Source: Eledone cirrhosa (Eukaryota). Taken from it: DNA of 64,000 nucleotides. Position 1 is the stretch's first letter; every line of letters begins with the position of its first letter. This document shows, one piece after another, positions 28,481-38,038 of the stretch. The stretch is from the NCBI GenBank assembly GCA_964016885.1, contig OZ024747.1:49786001-49850000 (forward strand). The letters are read 5' to 3'. The notes under the pieces were generated by a model, which saw only the letters and a program-made list of their open reading frames with translations, had not been told where the DNA came from and did no database searches. The translations under genes and the position numbers were made by a program.

Positions 28481-30880
28481 ACAACCACTACCACAACCAC
28501 ACACCGCCACTACCACACACCACCACTACCACCGCTACCACACCTCACCACTACCACACTACCACACCCCACCACTACCACACTACCACACACCACCACT
28601 ATCAACACCACCACTACCACACACCACCACCACCACACACCACCACTACCACACACCGCCACTACCACACACCACCACTACCATACACCACCACTACCAC
28701 ACACCACCATTACCACACACCACCACTACCACACACCACCACTACCAACACCACCACTACCACACACCACCACTACCACACACCACCACTACCGCACACC
28801 ACCACTACCACACACCACCACTACCACACACTGCCACTACCACACACCACCACTACCACACACCACCACTACCACACACCACCATTACCAAACACCACCA
28901 CTACCAACACCACCACTACCACACACCACCACTACCACACACCACCACTACCATACACCACCACTACCACACACCACCACTATCAACACCACCACTACCA
29001 ACACCACCACTACCATACACCACCACTATCAACACCACTACTACCACACACCACCACTACCACACACCGCCACTACCACACACCACCACTACCACACACC
29101 TCCACTACCACACCACCACTACCACACCCCAACACTACCACACTACCACTACCACACCACCACTACCACACCCCACCACACTACCACTACCACACCACCA
29201 CTACCACACACCACCACTAACCCCCCCCCCCCCCACTACCACACACCACCACTACCACACCACCACTATCACACCCCACCACTACCACACACCACCACTA
29301 CCACACACCGCCACTACCACTACCAACACCACCACTACCACACACCACCACTACCAACACCACCACTACCACACACCACCACAACCTACACCACAACTAC
29401 CCCACCCCACCACTACCACACACCACAACTACCACACACCACCACTACCACACCACCACTACCACACACCACCAACACCACCACTACCACACACCACCAC
29501 TACCACACACCACCACTACCACACACCACCACAACCAACACCACAACTACCACACCCCACCACTACCACACACCACAACTACCACACACCACCACTACCA
29601 CACCACCACTACCACACCCCACCACTACCACACCTCCACTATCACACACCGCAACTACCACACACCACCACTACCACACACCACCACTACCACACCTCCA
29701 CTATCACACACCGCCACTACCACACACCGCCACTACCACACACCACCACAACCAACACCACAACTACCACACCCCACCACTACCACACACCACAACTACC
29801 ACACACCACCACTACCACACCACCACTACCACACCCCACCACTACCACACCTCCACTATCACACACCGCCACTACCACACACCACCACTACCACACCCCA
29901 CCACTACCACACCTCCACTATCACACACCGCCACTACCACACACCGCCACTACCACACACCACCACTACCACACACCACCGCTACCACACCCCACCACAA
30001 CCAACACCACAACTACCACACACCACCACTACCACACACCACAACTACCACACCCCACCACTACCACACTACCACACACCACCACTATCAACACCACCAC
30101 TACCACACACCACCACCACCACACACCACCACTACCAAACACCGCCACTACCACACACCACCACCACCACACACCACCACTACCACACACCACCACCACC
30201 ACACACCACCACTACCACACTACCACACACCACCACTATCAACACCGCCACTACCACACACCACCACCACCACACACCACCACTACCAAACACCGCCACT
30301 ACCACACACCACCACACCACCACTACCACACACCACCACTACCCCCCACACCACCACTACCACTACCACTACCACACCACCACTATAACACACCACCACT
30401 ACCCCCCACACCACCACTACCACTACCACTACCACACCACCACTATAACACACCACCACTACCCCCCACACCACCACTACCACTACCACTACCACACCAC
30501 CACTATAACACACCACCACTACCCCCCACACCACCACTACCACTAACACACACCACCACTCCCCCTACCCCCTACATCACCCCACCACCACCCCACCCCA
30601 CCACTACCCCACCCCCCCCCCCCCCACCACTCCCCACCATTACCCCCCCCCCCCCCCCCACCACTACCACACTACCACTACCCCCCCCCCCCACACACAC
30701 ACACACTACCACACACCACCACTACCACACACCACCACTACCACACATCACCGGTACCCCCCCCCCCCCACAACCCCCCTACCCTACCGCACCACTACCC
30801 CACCCCACCACTACCACACACCACCACTAACACACACCACCACTACCACACACCAACACTAACACACACCACCACTACTA
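28481..30880. repeat. C/A-rich degenerate minisatellite (core ~CCACCACTACCACAC)
   Basis: Almost G-free plus strand built of CAC/CACTAC units with poly-C runs; a 60-bp unit recurs at ~30320-30545. Confidence 0.95.
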
Positions 30881-30887
30881 GTCATCA

Positions 30888-30962
30888 GGATGATGACTAT
30901 GATGAAGAAGATGATGATGATGATGATGATGACTGTGATGATGATGATGATGATGACTATGG
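30888..30962. repeat. (GAT)n microsatellite
   Basis: Imperfect GATGATGAT run. Confidence 0.9.
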
Positions 30963-31744
30963 TATGTTTAAGAAAAGAGAGTAGCTATATTGCCTGTAGA
31001 GTCATTAGTGCAGGAGATATCACTACTCCTCGTTTCCTGACCAAAGAAATCAGGAAATGATGTCATCATCAAATTTATGATAATTTAAAGTTGTAATTAA
31101 ATTTAAAACAAACTGAAACAATTTATAATCTTTTATGTACTTATTACATTGGAATAACGAAGTGTCTCTCAGTTTAGAAAAAAAAAAAAATCTTTTTTTT
31201 AGGGGGTGGGGGTGGAGGGTAAGGTGAGGTTACGTTGGGATTGGCGTGGTGGGGTGGGGGGTGAGGTGAGGTTACGTTGGCAATATTTGGGGAGGAGTGG
31301 ATGGGTAGAAGTAATGTTTATTTATTTTAAAAAAAATATAAATTAAAGAGTAATGTTTCAGAAATTAATATTTACGTATCTAATACAATTCAATATTTCT
31401 GGAATATCTTGAGATTTCTGTACTTTACATACAGAAATATATGATCACAGGTGCTGCACTCCCTCCCTCAGTAATTGGCAAAATATGACTGAAATAAATA
31501 ACAGAAGAATAAAGTAAGAATATATTTGATGAAAGAAGGGCAGAGCCTGTGATTCAGGGTTTCTGAGACTGTTTAAAAGTAGAGGGTGTATAAGTTGAAT
31601 TATAATAAAAAGATAAATACCCCATAATTCCTTGTGGAGTTGTAGAGGCACTGTCTGACGGGGTGTCTAGGGCACTTTTAAACCTGGTGGAGCCCAACCC
31701 TCTCCAGGTCTGAACACAACCAATATTTTCTATAGAGAAAGAAT

Positions 31745-31880
31745 TGACTCCAGTACTGGACTGGTACTTTTTCTATCGACCTCGAAAGGATGAAAGGCAG
31801 TTGACCCCGGCAGGATTTGAACTCATGTGCCCAATAAGCTGGGGCAAATACCGTAAAGTTTCTATCCGATGTCTTAACGA
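31745..31880 (-). mobile_element. Dispersed SINE-like repeat, family B (degenerate)
   Basis: Motif ACTGGTACTT..TTTATCGACC.CG.AAGGATGAAAGGC..GTTGACC.CGGC.GGATTTGAACTC; B-box-like GAGTTCAAAT on the minus strand; related copies at ~33770, 43200, 43660, 44260 and 56590. Confidence 0.7.
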
Positions 31881-32247
31881 ATCTGCCAATTTACCACCTA
31901 AGTATTAAACACTGGTAAATTAATTGTTTTGCAATTTATATTTGATTCATATGTTTGGATGAATGGAAATTAAATATAGTTGCCAGGTGTATCATGTAAA
32001 ACGTTTGAGAAGCCATATCCTAAAGTTATCAGAAATCAGTATGACTGTGTGGTCACTCAACTAGGAAGTATGATATCCTCAAATCTGAAACCTGGTTTAA
32101 ATGCCTGCAATAGAGTGGAGTCTGCTAAAGACTCTCAAAGGGTTAAGTTGTGGTGTTTAACAGGGTCATCTTCTTTGCTCACCAGCAAGTCCTATCAGAA
32201 GTAACCATCTTCAGTTGATCTGGCTAGATCCCCAAGCAAGACAAGCT

Positions 32248-32530
32248 CATCATCATCATCATCATCATCATCGTTTAACGTCTATCTTCCACGCTAGCAT
32301 GGGTTTAGACGGGAATTGTCCCACTCGTATAGGACTGTCTGGCAGGTTTTCTACGGCTGGATTCCCTTCCTAACACCAACCACGTTTACAGTGTGGACTG
32401 GGAGGTTTTTACTGTGTTACCTACACGGCCACATTACAGCGTGGACTGTGTGTTTTTTTTGTCGTGACACCTACATGACCTCACTTATTAGGACTGGATG
32501 TTGTGGTACCAACATAACTTTACAGAGAAA
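32248..32530 (-). mobile_element. Headless SINE/RTE-derived non-autonomous element, family A
   Basis: (CAT)n tail, reverse complement of AACCCATGCTAGCGTGGAAGA..GACGTTAAACGATG, an AGGAAGGG.ATCCAGCCGTAGAAAA motif and internal copies of the 48-bp satellite-like unit. Confidence 0.8.
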
Positions 32531-32819
32531 GGGGTGGTGTTAAATGGGGGTGAGGGTCGTGGGCGGGGTGTGTATATTTGATTAAGAGGTGCCTACTGAC
32601 TGTAGGTTTCATGGATGTTATTCAACCATCAGGATGATTTATTAAATCTCCCACTCATGTAACCAGGCAATTAATTAAGTCTATTATCCAAGGAACTGTG
32701 TAATGGAGTAAATCTTTCACCAATGTTTGACCAGTCTTCTAATGTAGGCTGTATTTATGTTCTGTAAAGGGCTAGCAATTGTTCAGCATGTCAAGTATTT
32801 TCTAGTTTTATTGTGTGTT

Positions 32820-33070
32820 CTCCTTCTTCTCCTCATATTCTAGTGAGGCTTATGGAGACACCTTACAGAGTGTCCTATCAGAAGCATCCATTTCCAAGTG
32901 AACCAGCTGGATCCTCAAGTGAGGCCAATTGAGATTATGGATGTTATCCAATTATCTTTCTAGTGGAAAACCTCTGGGTCTCCTGCATGCTGGCTTTGCT
33001 CATAAAATATATTTGACAATTTTCTCAGACATTCTAATGACATATTCATAGTACCTTAGCTTTGTCATAT
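32820..33070 (-). pseudogene. Decayed LINE RT C-terminal fragment
   Basis: Reverse complement aligns by eye with the 55364-55657 fragment (GCAAAGCCAGC..CAGGAGACCCAG; TTGGATAACATCCAT; GATCCAGC; CTTCTGATAGGA). Confidence 0.6.
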
Positions 33071-33369
33071 ATATTTTTTAGAAAAAAACGGTAGAATCTG
33101 TTAAAACTCTTGTGATATCTTGTAAAATCTTATATTTGTTAAATAATGTAGAATATTGTTCATGTCAAAATTTGTGGCAGCTGGAAGATTACTTTGAGGA
33201 AAATTCTGAACATTCATAGATTCATTTTATGCAATTTCATAGTGAATTGAAAGAGTTGTTAAAGGGTAGAACAAAATATCTTGTGTTATTTCTTGTGGAT
33301 CATAAATCTGTGAGTTCAATTCTCAGTGGGGCGTGTCTTTAACAAAAACACTATAGTTTACATTGCTCC

Positions 33370-33640
33370 AGCCAAGTGACACACTGTCACATCAAAACAT
33401 CATCATTTCACATCTACGGTGGAAACTAGACAGGTCAGATAACCGCATCTTGCTAAATATGTTCCATTTTGGCCCGGTTTCTACAGTTGAATGCCCTCCC
33501 AACTCCAACCACTCAACAGCATGTATTGGATGCATTTCATCATAGCACCAGTACTACCATTTTATAGAGTGGACTGGGTACATTTTATCATGACACCAAC
33601 AGTACCATTTTACAGAGTGTACTGGTTGTATTTTATGGCT
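33370..33640 (-). mobile_element. Old degenerate family A SINE copy with diverged internal 48-bp-like repeats
   Basis: TTTCTACAGTTGAATGCCCTCCCAAC plus repeated TTTTA[T/C]AGAGTG[G/T]ACTGG units; preceded by a plus-strand tRNA/CORE fragment at ~33290-33375. Confidence 0.6.
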
Positions 33641-33769
33641 GGATATATATTAACCCTTTAGCAATTAAACAGTCATATCTGGCCAGAATTCTCTCACCGC
33701 TTTCTGTTCAAACCAGCTGTAACAGGTCACACATACTTATGTTAAGGTATTGTTTTCAAAATAGATAAT

Positions 33770-33937
33770 TGTTTCTACTTTTGGCACAAGGCCAGCACAT
33801 TACTAGTACTTTATTTTATCGACCCCGTAAGGATGAAAGGCAAAGTTAACCTCGGCGGAATTTGAACTCAGACCGTAAAGGGACGTAACTATGCTGGAAA
33901 GCATGGCGTCCGACTCTCTACTGATACTGCCAATCCA
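33770..33937 (-). mobile_element. SINE family B copy
   Basis: Near-identical to 56589-56770 (TTTTATCGACCCCGTAAGGATGAAAGGCAAAGTTAACCTCGGCGGAATTTGAACTCAGA.CGTAAAGGGACGTAAC). Confidence 0.8.
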
Positions 33938-34850
33938 CAGATAATATCAAAATCTCATAGATTCAATATTATGTGAGATAATTAGGTGAGGTAAAGAATT
34001 ACCATGAAAATATAATAGTAAATATGCAGTAATGTAAATGGTAAAGGGTTAAGGATATATACATGTGTTTGTAAAATACTCAGTCACCTGCATGTTAATT
34101 TCATGAGCAGGTTGTTGTTCTGTTCTGTTGATTAAACAACTGGAACACACTTCATCAGAACTGATAGAGGTACAATAACAACAAAAACATAGATATGAAA
34201 CAACATAACAAAACAACAAAACAAACATGAATAGTATCGAAACAATTCCAGAACGAAAGCTGGAAGCTGTAAAACATTCAATAAATACAATTATGCTAGG
34301 TGTTGAAGATTGGCAGTATGAAGACTTCCTTGGCAATATACCAATTTCTTTTGTTCATTGTCAGAGAAGAAACAAAACAAGCAATAGATAAATTCTACTA
34401 AAAGTCATATTAAATTTGATATGAGGAATCTATTGAACATTTTACTGATATGTTAGGTCTTTATAATAATTTTAGTCTACAGAAATTGTCATTTAGAATG
34501 GTCTTCTGCAGTGAAAAGAAAAACCAGAAACCAAAAAAGAAAATAAAGAATGAAAGAATCGTTTAAAATATAACCTCAATACAAATTTTATTTCATAAAA
34601 CTAGATATTGGAAATCTCTTCTGCATAATCTCTAACCAGCTTCATATATATATATATGCATTTAGGTTTGCTGCTTCATCACTGGATAGAACTGGTCATT
34701 TTGTATAGTCAACCGTGATGTAATATTAGAAAACACACTCGACATAATGCAACTCACCCATCTTCGTTGGTGGTGCGTGAACGGAGTTAATTATTATTGA
34801 GTAAAATGACAGGAGGCTGGACTGGGGAAATTCCTTAAAGATTTATTATA

Positions 34851-34910
34851 AACACTATACACATTTCAATGACCGGGTTCTGCAGGAACCTGGTGACATC
34901 ATCAGGTGTT
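34851..34910 (-). ncRNA. Type I hammerhead ribozyme motif (Penelope-type, minimal stem III)
   Basis: Minus strand: AACAC-CTGATGA-tgtcaccaggttc ctgca gaacccggtcatt-GAAA-tgtgta-TA-GTGTT; stem I AACAC/GTGTT; base of stem II imperfect. Confidence 0.65.
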
Positions 34911-35030
34911 ATGAAATTTATCTAATAAAGGAATGCAATAATGGTAGACACAATCCAAGGGGCTGAACAGTAGAGAGAAATGTTTAAGATCTGATGGTGG
35001 CCAGAGCCAGCAGTTGCCAGTCTATAAATG

Positions 35031-35160
35031 GGAAAAGAGTCAGGACCCCGACGGCTGAGCTCCGGCCGTTCAACAGCTATATCTGAACTAAACCTGTAAC
35101 TGGTTCGGATCTAGCTGTCGAAACGACCAGAGCTCAGCCGTCGGGGTCCTGACTCTTTCC
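35031..35160. repeat. Long inverted repeat/hairpin, ~60-bp arms with ~10-nt loop
   Basis: AAAGAGTCAGGACCCCGACGGCTGAGCTC is paired with its exact reverse complement GAGCTCAGCCGTCGGGGTCCTGACTCTTT; the inner arms pair imperfectly. Confidence 0.9.
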
Positions 35161-35241
35161 TATTACCCACTCTACTACCCTAAGTATCGAGTACTCTGGT
35201 GCATTATGGTCCACCTGGTTCCTTACCCCACTTTCTTCGTT

Positions 35242-35328
35242 TTATATATATATATATGTATATATAGGATAAAGATGATGATGATGATAATGATAATATA
35301 CATACATATATATATATATGTGTGTGTG

Positions 35329-35391
<63 letters not shown>

Positions 35392-35427
35392 ATGTGTGTA
35401 TATATATATATATACACACACACACAG
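35242..35427. repeat. Compound (TA)n/(GAT)n/(TG)n/(CA)n microsatellite
   Basis: Direct reading. Confidence 0.95.
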
Positions 35428-35764
35428 TGCAAACACTATCAAAGTTAAGAGTGCTTCCATGTTTATCATATTTTTGTGTCATTAGTAAATTCAATATAAT
35501 GATTGAAGTTAGACTTTGAATCAAGTGGTTTGATAAGAACTTAAAATATATTATTTGTATTCAAATAAATTATTCATGTCTGTTCTCCCTCTTAGTATAG
35601 AAGAATGGATGCAAAACAGTGATGATGATGCCATAATGTATAAAATATAGTAAGGCAGAGATTTGAAGCAGCATATTTCAAAGAAAATCTCATTTATTTT
35701 TAGATGATTACAATTAAGTTGAATATTATACATTTAACAAGCAATGATATAAAGGTACAGCAAC

Positions 35765-36105
35765 CTCCCTATTGTTGGTGACACGATAATAAACCCCTAG
35801 TATACTCTGTAAAGTATTTGGTGATAAGAAGTGCATCCCATCCTGGAAAACTTGGCAAAAGGTTGAGAAGTGTTTTCAATTACATAAAGGGCATGACAAC
35901 CTCCCTAGAGATGATGCCACAATATAATGCACCCAGCACACTCTGTAAAATGGTTGGTGGTAGGAAGGGCATCTAACCATAGAAAACTTGCAAAACAAAG
36001 GATGAAGGGGACTGTTCTGGGAAGGAAGTAACACCAAATAGTACTGATTTGGTCTGTGACAACCTGTCCAACCATGCCATGGAAAAACAGACATTAACTG
36101 ATGAT
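35765..36105 (+). mobile_element. Degenerate family A SINE body, partly duplicated
   Basis: GCACCCAGCACACTCTGTAAAATGGTTGGTGGTAGGAAGGGCATC...AACCATGCCATGGAAAAACAGACATTAA..GATGAT. Confidence 0.65.
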
Positions 36106-36322
36106 ATATATATATATATCTTCTTTGGGATGGACAAACATGTGAAACTTGCTCGGTAAGTTCTGCTTAAAATTCTATAGAAATTCTTAACTGTGAGCCT
36201 TCATTATTATACCAATTTGTAGAGGGACTGCCAGTTTTGCCTGGTTCAAGTTTTATCCAGGTAAAACTTGAACCGTTAAGGTCTCATTCCTGAATATGTC
36301 AATATTTATAAAACAAGCTTTG

Positions 36323-36383
36323 TATTTTATCTGATGAGAGTGTACCAAAGTTTTGGTACCCTTGAAATATATATAATAGAATA
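36323..36383 (+). ncRNA. Type I hammerhead ribozyme motif, homologous to the one at 45093-45158
   Basis: TATTTTAT-CTGATGA-gagtgtaccaa..ttggtaccctt-GAAA-tatata-TA-ATAGAATA; 8-bp stem I, long stem II, palindromic minimal stem III; lies in a ~300-bp block bounded by (TA)n. Confidence 0.75.
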
Positions 36384-36598
36384 AATATGCTTTTATAAAT
36401 ATAGTTTCTATTTATTAATATCATTGATATATATATATATATATATAGAATATTTACGTATCGAGAGAGAGAAGGAGGGATAGGCGATACATGTAGTTAT
36501 TTGCCAATAGCATACGCAGAGTGTGCTCAATACTAGTGCCGGCAGTGTTAAATATTAGAAGTGTTAGCGGAATTAGTTAGTTAAATATTAGCGGAAGC

Positions 36599-36812
36599 AC
36601 GTGGAGAAGTACATAAAGGAGAATAAACCGTTAAAACATGTTTATTTAAAATAGCACCTACGTACGTTTCTAAAAACCCATTCCGGGTCATGTAAGGAAC
36701 GCTTTTTAGTTGTTTATGCCCTTGAGAAGCCCATTCGGGCGAAATGTACGTAGGTGCTATTTTAAATAAACATGTTTTAACGGTTTATTCTCCTTTATTT
36801 ACTTCTCCACGT
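36599..36812. repeat. 72-bp inverted repeat enclosing a U3-A8 variant hammerhead
   Basis: 36599-36670 is the near-perfect reverse complement of 36741-36812. 36718-36757 reads GCCC-TTGAGAA-GCCC attc GGGC-GAAA-tgtacg-TA-GGtGC. Confidence 0.8.
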
Positions 36813-37057
36813 ATATATATATATATATGTGTCAATAAGTTTTTTTTTTTTTTTTTTTTTTTTTATGACCATGCTGTAAAATGGAGGGGTAGAGAGGGCC
36901 CTTGAGTCTAGTAAGACATCCTCTCTAGTGCTGGTGGCACAAATAAAAGCACCCAGTCCATGCTGTAAAGTGGCGCTGGTGTTAGGAAGGGCATCCAACC
37001 AGTGTATCAAAAAGCCAAAAAGCTTATCAGCACAGCAACAAAACAGCATAGAAAAAT

Positions 37058-38035
37058 ATGAAGACGTCGCATCTCAGAGTTGCAACACTTAATGTTGGCA
37101 CTCTCAGAGGTAGGTCTGCTGAAATAGCGGAGATGCTGGAGAGAAGGCAGGTGGATGTGTGGTGCGTGCAAGAGGTGAGATGGAGGGGTGCCTCTGCGAG
37201 ACTAGTCGTAGGCAAGCGTCTTAGCTATAAGCTATTCTGGGTAGGTAAGGATGATGGGTTAGGGGGAGTAGGCATTTTCCTGGCTGAGAAATGGATCAAT
37301 AAGACAATAGAGGTAGTTCGAGTTAGTAATCGAATAATTAAGCTTAGATTAGTTGTAGGTAGGAGACTACTGACAATCATCTCGGTCTATGCTCCCCAAG
37401 CAGGCCTAGGCAAAGATGAGAAAGACTGCTTTTATGAGCAACTTTTGCAAACAACCACAATGACAGAGGACGGAGACATCGTTATGCTAGCAGGAGACTT
37501 CAATGGTCATGTTGGACAGCTCCAGGATGGTTACACTGGGGTACATGGTGGGCACGGTTACGGTTCAAGAAATGAAGAAGGAGTGAGACTTCTTGAATTT
37601 TGTGATGCAAGTACATTGACTATTTGCAACACAAACTTCCAGAAACCTGCCAATCACCTAATAACCTACAAATCTGGTGAGCACATAAGCCAGATTGACT
37701 TCCTGCTAGTTAGGCAGCGGGACAGGCAGATAGTGTCTAATACCAAGGCATACCCTGGGGAAGAATGTACCCCACAGCATAGGTTAGTTGTTAGTGATAT
37801 CTCAGTAAGCAAGAGATGGAATGAGACATATAGGAAGGTGTGGAGAAGAAAGGTCTGGAAGCTAAAAGACCTTTCACTAAAATTCAAATTTAGGAAAGCC
37901 CTTCAAGATGTATATGACGAAAAAGAAGACGATTTAGAGACGTATGACATAGATAATAACTGGAAGTTCTTACGTGACAACTTGCTGAAGGCTACTGATG
38001 AAACCTGTGGCTGGAGCAGAGCTCCAACCAGATAG
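37058..38035 (+). CDS. RTE LINE ORF, N-terminal part: APE-type endonuclease, ended by a premature TAG
   Basis: Motifs ATLNVGTL, CVQEVRW, GGVGI, SVYAPQ, AGDFNGHVG, QIDFLL, QHRLV; the stop lies in the first copy of a 105-bp duplication. Confidence 0.9.
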   Translation: MKTSHLRVATLNVGTLRGRSAEIAEMLERRQVDVWCVQEVRWRGASARLVVGKRLSYKLFWVGKDDGLGGVGIFLAEKWINKTIEVVRVSNRIIKLRLVVGRRLLTIISVYAPQAGLGKDEKDCFYEQLLQTTTMTEDGDIVMLAGDFNGHVGQLQDGYTGVHGGHGYGSRNEEGVRLLEFCDASTLTICNTNFQKPANHLITYKSGEHISQIDFLLVRQRDRQIVSNTKAYPGEECTPQHRLVVSDISVSKRWNETYRKVWRRKVWKLKDLSLKFKFRKALQDVYDEKEDDLETYDIDNNWKFLRDNLLKATDETCGWSRAPTR

Positions 38036-38038
38036 AGA

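Noticed and set aside
28447-30830. Extensin/mucin-like His-Thr-Pro ORFs
   Set aside because: All three frames are open because the strand lacks G; low-complexity repeat with no evidence of codon-level selection.
34049-34390. Possible host exon or small ORF
   Set aside because: No recognisable domain, partly overlaps a SINE remnant, and no convincing splice signals; cannot be supported without RNA data.
35204-35524. ORFs rich in [12 protein letters not shown] (also 41442-41814, 44879-45154, 48153-48398)
   Set aside because: Translations of dinucleotide microsatellites.
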